A DNA stretch of 32,000 bases from Methanothermobacter thermautotrophicus str. Delta H (GTDB taxonomy: Archaea; Methanobacteriota; Methanobacteria; Methanobacteriales; Methanothermobacteraceae), in contig NC_000916.1 in NCBI RefSeq assembly GCF_000008645.1, forward strand, positions 1,440,001-1,472,000, written 5' to 3'. The notes beneath the pieces are model-generated. The model ran no database searches. It had not been told where the DNA came from and saw nothing but the letters and a program-made list of their open reading frames with translations. Positions 1 to 8,944 of the stretch are shown in pieces. Positions within the stretch are counted from its first letter, which is position 1, and each line of letters begins with the position of its first letter. A program made the translations under genes and the position numbers.

Positions 1-485
1 TTACCTGACCCATGGAGCCATGTATGGCGCCGTGAATGAAGGGTATTCCCTCTGATGTGCACCTCCTTGATGCAATCACCCTTGATGTTATGTTATCAAG
101 GGCATCAACCACGGCATCGCTGCCAGGTATTATTTCAGCTGCATTTTCTTCATCGAAGATTTCATGATAAACCTTGACCCTGCTGAAGGGGTTTACGGTG
201 CGAATACGCTCCGCTGCAACATCAACCTTGGGGATCCGGAGGTCCCTGAAGCTGCTCATGAGCTGCCTGTTGATGTTCGAGACGTCAAAGACGTCACTGT
301 CAATTATTCTGAGACTGCCCACACCCATCCGTGCAAGCATCTCAACTGCAGCGCCACCTATACCTCCGCAGCCGATCACAGAAACAGTGGAATCCTTGAG
401 CTTTAACTGGTCTGCCCTTGAAAGTAAACCCATCTGCCGGCTGACCATCTCCCAGTAAGCCATACCCTCATATCTCTCAGGCATT
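1..485 (-). CDS. ThiF/MoeB/HesA-type E1-like adenylyltransferase, N-terminal part (3' end outside window)
   Basis: Hand translation of the minus strand from ATG at 485: MPERYEGMAYWEMVSRQMGLLSRADQLKLKDSTVSVIGCGGIGGAAVEMLARMGVGSLRIIDSDVFDVSNINRQ. It has the GxGGxG nucleotide-binding motif and the D-x-D...SN(I/L)NRQ signature. The provided track only lists opposite-strand shadow ORFs here. Confidence 0.85.
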
Positions 486-815
486 CAAACCCTCTTTCAT
501 GTTCTTGCATAATACTATGTGTGTGTTGATATAAATCATGAGGGGGTCATCCTGTAGGACCACAGCCTTATATCTGCTTGCAGCATGAGCCTATCACTGG
601 AGATCCTGTGGGAAAGATTCTTCAGATCAGTGAAAAGCAGATGTCTGGGGCGGTCCTCTGGAGCCATTCTGAAATCGAAAAACAGTTCGGTTCAGGGAAG
701 GGGTTTTATTATCTCCAATTTAAAGAAACGTGATTTTTGTTTTTTCAGAAGAATTCATCTTTTCTGTTTTAAGGATAAAAAAGTTTTTTTTGAATGCAAA
801 AATGGGGGGTTAAAG

Positions 816-934
<119 letters not shown>

Positions 935-950
935 CAAGATCAGTTTTCAT

Positions 951-964
951 CAAATTTAAACTTT
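951..964 (-). promoter_or_regulatory. Probable BRE/TATA box of tRNA-Met
   Basis: Minus strand GAAAAGTTTAAATTTG about 30 nt upstream of the tRNA 5' end. This matches archaeal box A placement. Confidence 0.5.
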
Positions 965-1037
965 TCTGTCAGGGGTGCAATCATTATTATGAAATGCCAC
1001 CATAATTATATATGAATTTTCTTTGCGGGGGTTTAAT

Positions 1038-2027
1038 GTGTCTGATGATCTTGATTTCTCAGAGGGGGCCTGTGGGATATGTCATGCAGTCCTCGCAGAT
1101 ATCTCCAGGACCGGCTTCATGGTTGAAACAGCAGAGTACCCTGAGGGTGTCAGGGCCAGGATAACTGACCCTTCAGGGGATTCTGTGGGGGAGGGTTCGG
1201 ATATAACCTGGGCCCCGGCGATACTCGAGGCCGAGATCAATGCAGGATTTCTGGATGACGAAGCTGCAGATAAACTCTCGCCCTTCCTGACAGGCAGGAG
1301 AGACCAGATACGGGTTGCAGAGATGTCTGGCTACGGGAGGGTTGTTAACACAGCCTCCATGATAATATCTGATATCTGGTCGGCTGGGGGTTCAGTTGAG
1401 GTCAGAAGGGACGGCCCTGGCATAGAGGTCATACTATACTCTGCAGAAGGTGATGAAATTGTATCTGCAGCATCAGGTTTCTGCCCGGTCTGTGCAGTAA
1501 ACATAGCAGCTTCAAGGGTGCCATCAATCAGGAGGAGGATGGCATCCAGGAAATCCAGAAACACGGGAATGGAAAAGTATGAGAGAGGGGTGACCGGCAG
1601 GGTCGCCTGGAGGAGGAACAGGATCCATGTATCCCTCCTTGAGAATGGGGAGGTCATCGGCAGGAACTGGGGGTGCTGCATAGCCTATGCAACGGTGAGG
1701 GCGGAGATAGATGCTGGATTTGGAAGCAGCAAGTGGAACCGCATCTTTAAGAATTACTGTGACCTCTGTCCCCTGAAACATTTCTGGTTCGGGAAATCCA
1801 TGGGTGCCCTCGGAAACAGGATACTTCAGAGGATGACCAGGGTCGGTGTGAGGGAACATGTAAGGATGGAAGATTATATAACTGTGGATATCCTATCTGG
1901 TGATAGGAGGGTTGGATGTGGTATAGGAACGCTCTGCTCATTCAGTGCAACCGTCAATGCACTCCTGAGATCCGATGCTTCCCTCATCCTGAAACCGGAC
2001 CCTGCCGATGGGTTTCCGTACCCCTAA
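1038..2027 (+). CDS. Uncharacterised Cys-containing protein with internal sequence repetition
   Basis: Long ORF (track start TTG 1023). GTG at 1038 has a G-rich Shine-Dalgarno-like stretch (GCGGGGG) just upstream. Protein has CGIC, CPVC, CC and CDLC motifs and repeated A(x)3-4(A/E)EI(N/D)AGF segments. Confidence 0.75.
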   Translation: MSDDLDFSEGACGICHAVLADISRTGFMVETAEYPEGVRARITDPSGDSVGEGSDITWAPAILEAEINAGFLDDEAADKLSPFLTGRRDQIRVAEMSGYGRVVNTASMIISDIWSAGGSVEVRRDGPGIEVILYSAEGDEIVSAASGFCPVCAVNIAASRVPSIRRRMASRKSRNTGMEKYERGVTGRVAWRRNRIHVSLLENGEVIGRNWGCCIAYATVRAEIDAGFGSSKWNRIFKNYCDLCPLKHFWFGKSMGALGNRILQRMTRVGVREHVRMEDYITVDILSGDRRVGCGIGTLCSFSATVNALLRSDASLILKPDPADGFPYP

Positions 2028-2036
2028 GCTGTTGAG

Positions 2037-2867
2037 GTGTTCGCTGTGGGTGAACATGTAATAGAGGCCCTGGGAAAAAGTCGTGTCACCGTGAGGAATG
2101 GAAGGGTGGTTGATGTATCCGAACCACTTATCGATTACTGTCCCCTCTTTCATAAGTACCGGGGCATTGAAAAAATCACATCTGAGGCTATCCGTCAAAA
2201 TATTGAGTTTCGCATTAAAGATTTTGGCATGTGCACAGGTAATCGTGAATTAAGAATGAGGGATTTTCTATCATTTGGCATTTCTGAGATAATCTCAACA
2301 CTCATCGAGGAGGGCGAGGTGGACGCAGCAGTCATGGTATGTGATGGTGCAGGCACAGTCATAGTCACCGAACCCGAACTTGCACAGGGAATCGGGGGCA
2401 GGATATCAGGAGTGGTGGAAACATCACCTGAGGATGAGGTTATAGGATCCATAGGACCAGAAAAGGTCCTTGACCCCGAAAAAGCCACGATAGACCAGGT
2501 TAAGGGGGTTGAAAGGGCCTTTGAGATGGGCTATGATAGGGTTGCTGTCACCGTGGCTGACCCGGCAGAGGCAGAGAGGCTGAGGGAAATGGATGGAGGC
2601 GAAATCTACATATTCGCCGTTCACCTGACCGGGATAGACTACAGGGGCGCCGAGAAAGTGATTAACACAGCCGATGTTGTAACATCATGCGCATCAAAAT
2701 ACATAAGAAGAATAGCTGATAGAAGGGCGCTGCTGAAGGTAGGATCAGCCATACCGGTATATGCATGCACAAAGAATGGTAAAAGATTCATTGAACTCAG
2801 AATTAAAAGGATGGGTGGTATAAAGGATTCAGGGAAAGGTTCAGGCTCCCCGCAACCACTGGTATGA
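2037..2867 (+). CDS. Putative methanogenesis marker protein 8 (DUF2099-type)
   Basis: 276-aa ORF. LIDYCPLFHKYRG...EAIRQNIEFRIKDFGMCTGNREL...VVTSCASKYIR resembles the methanogen-specific DUF2099 family as I recall it; no search was run. Confidence 0.65.
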   Translation: MFAVGEHVIEALGKSRVTVRNGRVVDVSEPLIDYCPLFHKYRGIEKITSEAIRQNIEFRIKDFGMCTGNRELRMRDFLSFGISEIISTLIEEGEVDAAVMVCDGAGTVIVTEPELAQGIGGRISGVVETSPEDEVIGSIGPEKVLDPEKATIDQVKGVERAFEMGYDRVAVTVADPAEAERLREMDGGEIYIFAVHLTGIDYRGAEKVINTADVVTSCASKYIRRIADRRALLKVGSAIPVYACTKNGKRFIELRIKRMGGIKDSGKGSGSPQPLV

Positions 2868-2869
2868 AA

Positions 2870-3271
2870 CTAGAGATAATCTGCAAGGGCCTTTATTATG
2901 CAGCTCTGGGTTATCAGTCCAACCAGTCTACCATCCCTGACAACCGGTATCCTCTGATATCCGGTATCTGCCATTATACGGCTTATCCTGCTTATAGGAG
3001 TTTCCTCATCAATCACAACAAGGTCCTGGCTCATTATGTCCTTCACCCGAAGCTTCAGGGCCTCGCCACCGGCAAGCAGAATGTCCCTGTGGGTTATGAG
3101 CCCAACAAGTTTATCACCCTCCACAACAGGGACACCACCCACGTTCGCACGGACCATCTTGAGGTTGGCGGCTGCGACAAGGTCATCGGGGTGGGAAACA
3201 ATAACATCACGGAGCATTATATCCCTTGCACGGAGCTTCCTGATCATGAAATTATTTTTATGGATATTCAT
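2870..3271 (-). CDS. Two-CBS-domain protein
   Basis: 133-aa ORF: VKDIMSQDLVVIDEETPISRISRIMADTGYQRIPVVRDGRLVGLITQ, tandem CBS pattern. An internal start MIRKLRARDIM (3247) may be the real one. Confidence 0.85.
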   Translation of the reverse strand: MNIHKNNFMIRKLRARDIMLRDVIVSHPDDLVAAANLKMVRANVGGVPVVEGDKLVGLITHRDILLAGGEALKLRVKDIMSQDLVVIDEETPISRISRIMADTGYQRIPVVRDGRLVGLITQSCIIKALADYL

Positions 3272-3294
3272 ATATTAAGATTGAGGGATCCAAA

Positions 3295-4569
3295 GTGACT
3301 CAGATGGAAGAAGCAAGAAAGGGCAATATAACCCCTGAGATGGAGGAGGTTGCCCGGAAAGAAAACCTGGACATTCAGATGCTTATTAGGGGTATTGCAA
3401 ACGGTCGAATTGTGATACCCTCCAATATTAATCGGGAATCATCACCCTGCGGCATAGGGGAAAATCTTTCAACAAAGATCAATGCAAATATCGGTTCATC
3501 CTCAAAAATGGAGGACATTGAACTGGAGGTTGATAAGGCACTTGCAGCTGTCGAATACGGTGCAGATGCTGTCATGGACCTCAGCACAGGCCCCATGCTG
3601 AGGGATGTCAGGAAAGCGGTCCTGGAGGCTGTTGACGTTCCTGTGGGCACGGTACCCATCTACGAGGCCGGTGTCGAGGCCTTCATGTCAGATGGAGCCG
3701 TGGTGGACATGGATGAGGATGACATGTTCAGGGCCATAGAGAACCAGGCCCGGGATGGGGTTGACTTCATGACCGTGCACTCAGGAATCACCCTGGAAAC
3801 CGTTGAAAGGGCTCAGAGATCAGGGAGGATAATGGGAATAGTTAGCCGGGGAGGAGCATTCCTTGCAGCCTGGATAATGCAGAATCAGGAGGAGAATCCT
3901 CTCTACAGCAACTATGAGTACCTCCTTGAAGTGGCCTACGAGTATGATGTCACACTCAGCCTCGGGGATGGCCTCAGGCCGGGGTGCCTGGCAGACGCTT
4001 CTGATATACCCCAGATCAGTGAGCTCCTCACACTTGCAGAACTCGTTGAGAGGGCACGTGATGCAGATGTTCAGTGCATGGTTGAGGGGCCCGGTCACAT
4101 GCCCCTTGACCAGATAGCCGCCAACATGAAGATACAGAAGGAGGTCTGCGACGGCGCACCCTTCTATGTCCTTGGACCCATAGTCACAGACATGGCACCG
4201 GGTTATGACCATATAAGCGCAGCCATAGGCGGGGCCGTCGCTGCAATGAACGGGGCGGACTTCCTCTGTTACGTCACACCGGCAGAGCACCTGGCGATAC
4301 CGGGGGTTCAGGATGTTATTGAGGGTGTCATTGCATCAAGGATAGCTGCCCAGGCTGCAGACGCCGCCAGAAAATTACCGGGCGCATGGGATTCTGAACT
4401 TGAGATGGCTGATGCAAGAAGGTCCTTTGACTGGGATAAACAGTTCAAACTGGCCTTTGACTCAAAAAAACCATATGAATACAGGATGCAGTGCCCAATT
4501 GAGGATTCAGAGATGTGCTCAATGTGTGGCGAATACTGCGCCCTCAGGATACTGCGTGAAGACAGATGA
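3295..4569 (+). CDS. thiC: Phosphomethylpyrimidine synthase ThiC
   Basis: 424 aa. Contains ESSPCGIGENLSTKINANIG, STGPMLR, GTVPIYEA, MVEGPGHMPLDQI, and C-terminal C-x2-C-x4-C (EMCSMCGEYCALR). GTG start. Confidence 0.95.
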   Translation: MTQMEEARKGNITPEMEEVARKENLDIQMLIRGIANGRIVIPSNINRESSPCGIGENLSTKINANIGSSSKMEDIELEVDKALAAVEYGADAVMDLSTGPMLRDVRKAVLEAVDVPVGTVPIYEAGVEAFMSDGAVVDMDEDDMFRAIENQARDGVDFMTVHSGITLETVERAQRSGRIMGIVSRGGAFLAAWIMQNQEENPLYSNYEYLLEVAYEYDVTLSLGDGLRPGCLADASDIPQISELLTLAELVERARDADVQCMVEGPGHMPLDQIAANMKIQKEVCDGAPFYVLGPIVTDMAPGYDHISAAIGGAVAAMNGADFLCYVTPAEHLAIPGVQDVIEGVIASRIAAQAADAARKLPGAWDSELEMADARRSFDWDKQFKLAFDSKKPYEYRMQCPIEDSEMCSMCGEYCALRILREDR

Positions 4570-4641
4570 ATCACAGCCTCGATCCTTAACATGCTGGTAA
4601 GGGTTAATAGAGATCAGAACCATAATTAAACTGGTGGTCCT

Positions 4642-4920
4642 ATGGGATTCGAGCATGTTGAAGGTACTGAAAGGGGCAGTGTAAGGCTATTTGCACTCAG
4701 CACATGTGGATGGTGCAAAAGGACACGGGAGCTGCTGGAGGAACTTGGGGTGGCCTACGATTATATATACGTCGACCTCCTTGAGGGTGAGGAACGTGAG
4801 AATGTAATTGAGGAGCTTAAGAGGTGGAACCCATCCCTCTCATTCCCCACACTTGTAATAAACGATGAGGAAGTGGTGGTGGGATTCGATCCACTCTCAA
4901 TAAAATCATCCCTCAGGTAG
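4642..4920 (+). CDS. Glutaredoxin-like protein
   Basis: 92 aa with TCGWCKRTRELLEELGVAYDYIYVDL...SFPTLVIND: CxxC active site plus thioredoxin-fold cis-Pro region. Confidence 0.85.
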   Translation: MGFEHVEGTERGSVRLFALSTCGWCKRTRELLEELGVAYDYIYVDLLEGEERENVIEELKRWNPSLSFPTLVINDEEVVVGFDPLSIKSSLR

Positions 4921-4928
4921 GGATCATC

Positions 4929-5384
4929 ATGAAGGATGAACTCCAGGAACTATACAGAGAGGTTAGGGAATCAGCAGAGAAATCAGGTTATAAGCTTAAT
5001 CCTGACAGGGAATTCGTCATGGAACTGCTCAGGGGGATGCTGGTTAACAGGAAAAGATATGGCTATGATTCCTGCCCCTGCAGACTCGCATCAGGCAACC
5101 CCGAGGAGGACAGGGATATAGTGTGCCCCTGTGATTACAGGGATGATGATATTGAGGAATACGGGACATGCTACTGTGGACTCTATGTCAGGGATGAGGA
5201 CGTTGAGTTCAGATCCATACCCGAGAGGCGGGGAAAGAGTAGAGGTCCTGGCAGGGCACCAGCCGGCCTTGACATACCTGTGCTGAGGTGTCGCATCTGT
5301 GGTTATCTCTGCGCAAGGAAGATCCCTCCGGAACCCTGCCCCATCTGTGGCGTGGCAGGAAAATTCCATGTTTTCATTGAATAG
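4929..5384 (+). CDS. Ferredoxin:thioredoxin reductase catalytic-subunit-like protein with C-terminal rubredoxin/zinc-ribbon domain
   Basis: FTR-beta Cys pattern CPCRLA...CPCDYRDDD...GTCYCGLY, followed by CRICGYLC...CPICG. Confidence 0.85.
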   Translation: MKDELQELYREVRESAEKSGYKLNPDREFVMELLRGMLVNRKRYGYDSCPCRLASGNPEEDRDIVCPCDYRDDDIEEYGTCYCGLYVRDEDVEFRSIPERRGKSRGPGRAPAGLDIPVLRCRICGYLCARKIPPEPCPICGVAGKFHVFIE

Positions 5385-5398
5385 AGGAGTGCATTACC

Positions 5399-6181
5399 TT
5401 GCTGGAAGCCTTCACTGAAGTCAGAAAGGATATCAAATTTCTTTTCTCATCCGAGATAAGGCTCAGGGTTTTAATGGCCCTCATGGACGGTCCAATGGAA
5501 CTCTCTAAGATGAGGTCCATCATAAAATCAAGTTCATCAACTATTCTCCATGCCATATACCAGCTCGAGGACAAGGGGCTGGTCTGCAGGGTCAACCGTA
5601 AGTATGAACTATCATCAACCGGCAGGATAATATCTCTGAAGGTTCAGGGGATTATAAGGACAATCTCGGTGATCAGGGAACTCTCGGATTTTCTGCTTGA
5701 CCATGACCTTGGATCCATACCCGAATCACTCCTCTACAGCATAGAATCCCTTGAGGGAGTATCACTCCTCGAGGCAAAACCCGAGAACCTCACAGAGCCC
5801 TATGAGGTAGTTACAAAGAACGTCATGAACTCCGGGAGGGTCTGGATCCTTTCAGGCGTTCACCACCCCTTCTACGGGGACCTCCTGAAAGCGGGGATAA
5901 AGACCGAGATGATCCTCTCAGAGAATGTTGTGGATGCAATTGAACATGTTGAAGCTACGGAAAATGTTAAGATCAGCACCATCGATTCTGAACTGAGGTT
6001 CAGCCTCATAATAACGGAGACGGCAATGGCCCTTTCCCTATTCATGTCTGATGGCCTCTATGATCCCGTGAGATTCCTCTTTTCAAGGGATGAAGAGGCC
6101 GTTGGATGGGCCTGGAAACTCTTCAAACACTTCAGGGACATGGCGGAAGCGCCAGCAGACAAGGATGACTGTGAATTGTAG
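5399..6181 (+). CDS. ArsR/HTH-type transcriptional regulator with FilR1-like (formerly DUF1724) effector region
   Basis: 260 aa. N-terminal wHTH (SSEIRLRVLMALMDGPMELSKMRSIIKSSSSTILHAIYQLEDKGLV) followed by the long C-terminal domain typical of methanogen regulators. TTG start with upstream GAGGAG. Confidence 0.7.
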   Translation: MLEAFTEVRKDIKFLFSSEIRLRVLMALMDGPMELSKMRSIIKSSSSTILHAIYQLEDKGLVCRVNRKYELSSTGRIISLKVQGIIRTISVIRELSDFLLDHDLGSIPESLLYSIESLEGVSLLEAKPENLTEPYEVVTKNVMNSGRVWILSGVHHPFYGDLLKAGIKTEMILSENVVDAIEHVEATENVKISTIDSELRFSLIITETAMALSLFMSDGLYDPVRFLFSRDEEAVGWAWKLFKHFRDMAEAPADKDDCEL

Positions 6182-6238
6182 GTGCTGAAGAATGGTTTTA
6201 AGGTCGATGGGAGTTTAACGGTTCAGATTACTTAGGGG

Positions 6239-7924
6239 ATGAAGGAATTGCTCTATATGGAACTTGCAGAGGTATACCACAGACTTGAATCAACCACAAA
6301 ACGCCTTGAAAAGACTGAAATACTTGCGGAACTCCTGAGGAGTGTTGATAAGGAACTTCTGCCCGATGTAACAATACTGATGCTTGGCAGGGTGTTTCCA
6401 ATCTGGAGTGAGGAGGAACTTGGGGTTGGCATAAAGCTGCTCATGAAGGCAATATCCCTGGTTGTGGGGGTTTCGATGGATGAAATCGAGGACGAAATAA
6501 GGGAACAGGGTGATATAGGCCTTGCAAGTGAAAAACTATTCTCCAGAAAAACTCAAACAACCTTTTTTTCACAACCCCTGACAGTGGAATTTGTTTACAG
6601 CAGACTGAAGGCCCTGGCATCAGCTTCTGGTGATAGGGCACAGTCAAAGAAGATAAACATACTTGTTGAGGTCCTGTCCCAGGCAAAGCCACTGGAGGCA
6701 CGCTATATAACAAGGACGGTCCTTGAGGAACTGAGGGTTGGTGTTGCAGAGGGAATCATAAGGGACGCCATTGCCCGGGCCTTTGAGGTTGACCCGGCAC
6801 TCGTTGAAAGGGCCCACATGCTCACAAATGACCTGGGAATGGTGGCCGCAGTTGCAAGGGAGGAGGGCGAGCCTGGACTTGGAAGACTCAACCTTGAACC
6901 GGGAAGACCCGTGAAACCAATGCTGGCACAGCTTGCCAGCAGCATAGAATCTGCCATAACGGAGCTTGGAAGGGCCTTCTGTGAAACCAAATATGATGGT
7001 ATACGTGTTCAGATACACAGATGCGGGGATGAGATATCCATCTTCACCAGGAGACTTGAGAACATCACCGCGGCGGTCCCCGAGATACTTGAGGGTGTTG
7101 AGGAGGCCCTTCCAGCCGATGACTACATAGTTGAGGGGGAAATAATAGTCACCATGGATGGGAGGCCAGCCTCCTTCCAGTACATACTCCAGCGTGTCAG
7201 AAGAAAATATGATGTGGAGAGACTTACAAGGGAGGTTCCCCTCTCACTGTTCCTCTTTGATGTCCTCTACCACAGAGAACCCCTCATCGATGAACCCCTC
7301 CGGCACAGAAGGGAGGTCCTTGAGTCAATACTCTCAGAAATACCTGGAAGGGTTGAGGCGAGTCGCATGGTTGATGTGGGCCCGGATAACCTGAATGATG
7401 CTCTATGGCTCTTCGAGGAGTCAATAAGAGAGGGACATGAGGGTATAATGATAAAGGATACGGAGGCGCCGTATATACCGGGTATAAGGGGTAAAAAGAT
7501 GCTTAAGTTTAAGGCAGAACCAGAGACCCTGGACCTCATTGTGGTCGGTGGCACCTATGGCAGGGGTAAAAGGGCACATCTGGTGGGATCCTATCTCCTG
7601 GCAGCCAGGGATGAGGATAGCGGGGACCTTGTTACGGTTGCACATGTTGCAACGGGGCTTGACGATGAGACGCTCCAGCAACTCTCAGAGAGGATGGAAA
7701 AACTTGCCATTGAGAGGAAGGGACGGAAACTCTTGGTCAGGCCAGAAATAATACTTGAGGTCGCCTACAGTGAGATAGTGAAGAGTCCTGAGTATGAAAG
7801 CGGTTACTCCCTGCGTTTTCCAGTGGTGAAACGTATAAGGGACGATCTGTGCCTGGACGATGTTGATACAGTTGGACGTATAGAGTCCCTCTTCCAGTCC
7901 GGACAGCCAGACCAACCAGGTTAG
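6239..7924 (+). CDS. lig: ATP-dependent DNA ligase
   Basis: 561 aa. Motif I FCETKYDGIRVQIH, motif III LFLFDVLYH, motif IV EGIMIKD, motif V LKFKAE. Confidence 0.97.
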   Translation: MKELLYMELAEVYHRLESTTKRLEKTEILAELLRSVDKELLPDVTILMLGRVFPIWSEEELGVGIKLLMKAISLVVGVSMDEIEDEIREQGDIGLASEKLFSRKTQTTFFSQPLTVEFVYSRLKALASASGDRAQSKKINILVEVLSQAKPLEARYITRTVLEELRVGVAEGIIRDAIARAFEVDPALVERAHMLTNDLGMVAAVAREEGEPGLGRLNLEPGRPVKPMLAQLASSIESAITELGRAFCETKYDGIRVQIHRCGDEISIFTRRLENITAAVPEILEGVEEALPADDYIVEGEIIVTMDGRPASFQYILQRVRRKYDVERLTREVPLSLFLFDVLYHREPLIDEPLRHRREVLESILSEIPGRVEASRMVDVGPDNLNDALWLFEESIREGHEGIMIKDTEAPYIPGIRGKKMLKFKAEPETLDLIVVGGTYGRGKRAHLVGSYLLAARDEDSGDLVTVAHVATGLDDETLQQLSERMEKLAIERKGRKLLVRPEIILEVAYSEIVKSPEYESGYSLRFPVVKRIRDDLCLDDVDTVGRIESLFQSGQPDQPG

Positions 7925-7959
7925 TAATATTTAAATAGTACAAAGTAATAATTACTTTT

Positions 7960-8373
7960 ATGGGAACCCTTCTGGATGACAGGAAACTGCTCATAATATC
8001 AGCCATGCTGGGACTCGCCGGCTTCACCGGAATGATAATCTCTTCGGCGACCCTCACACCGGACCCTATTAAAATAGCTCAGATTGACAGGGGCATGATT
8101 GACAGGAAGGTTACGGTCGAGGGCACAGTGGCTGATGTCCGCGAATCAGAACACTCGGGAATCATATTCCTGAAAATAAATGATGGCACCGGCACAATAA
8201 CGGCTGTTATATTCGAATCAACAGCAGAGACAATAAAGAGGAATGGCCCTGCCCCCATACTGCTGAAGGGGATGAGAGTGCAGGTAACCGGGAGGGTGAA
8301 GGAGTACAGGGGATTACTTGAGGTGGCCGTAGAGGAACCTTCAGGTTTGAGGCCTCTCCCTGGTTATGGTTAA
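7960..8373 (+). CDS. OB-fold nucleic-acid-binding-domain protein with N-terminal membrane segment
   Basis: N-terminal hydrophobic helix LLIISAMLGLAGFTGMIISSATL, then VTVEGTVADVRESEHSGIIFLKINDGTGTITAVIF (tRNA_anti/OB pattern). Confidence 0.8.
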   Translation: MGTLLDDRKLLIISAMLGLAGFTGMIISSATLTPDPIKIAQIDRGMIDRKVTVEGTVADVRESEHSGIIFLKINDGTGTITAVIFESTAETIKRNGPAPILLKGMRVQVTGRVKEYRGLLEVAVEEPSGLRPLPGYG

Positions 8374-8885
8374 TCTTCATCAAGGTAAAGTGGCTTTAAT
8401 CTCCCTGTGTTTATGTCTATTATCAGTCCGTGGACCCCTATGGATTCTGGTATGAGGGGGGATGACTTCAGCCTCTTAACACCCTCAATCACATTCTCTT
8501 CCTCATCACCAACTGGATTCAGCACATCTATACTGAAATTCTCGATGACCTCCTCCTCAACCCCGAGCTCCCTCATCCTTGAGACTATGAGATCCTCATC
8601 AAGGCGTGCCATCCCACAATCGGTGTGCCCGACTATGATGATCTCATTCACACCCAGGGCGTATATGGCAACTGCAGCGGATCTTATAACCCCATCATCC
8701 ACAATGTTACCCGCATTCTTTATTACCTTCGCATCACCCCTCCCGATCCCAAGGGCCCTCTCAAGGAGATCTATAAGTCTCGAGTCCATGCATGTGATGA
8801 TACACAGCTTCGGGGAATGTTTTAGATCTGAGAGATCCCGGAACCTGAAGTCCTGATTTTCTCTGAGGATATCTTTAATAATCAT
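8370..8885 (-). CDS. cab: Beta-class carbonic anhydrase
   Basis: MIIKDILRENQDFRFRDLSDLKHSPKLCIITCMDSRLIDLLERALG...VGHTDCGM. CxDSR and HxxC zinc ligands; appears identical to Cab as I recall it. Track starts at 8900; ATG at 8885 preferred. Confidence 0.95.
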   Translation of the reverse strand: MIIKDILRENQDFRFRDLSDLKHSPKLCIITCMDSRLIDLLERALGIGRGDAKVIKNAGNIVDDGVIRSAAVAIYALGVNEIIIVGHTDCGMARLDEDLIVSRMRELGVEEEVIENFSIDVLNPVGDEEENVIEGVKRLKSSPLIPESIGVHGLIIDINTGRLKPLYLDED

Positions 8886-8944
8886 GCTAACAAACCTCAT
8901 CTACATTAGTTAGCTATTACCTAATTAATTTATGGAGGGAGAAC

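Noticed and set aside
164-458. Plus-strand ORFs (80 and 94 aa) at window start
   Set aside because: They lie antisense to the clear ThiF/MoeB-like CDS on the minus strand.
3250-3300. Possible TPP riboswitch upstream of thiC
   Set aside because: The thiC/CBS divergent spacer is far too short and lacks THI-box sequence.
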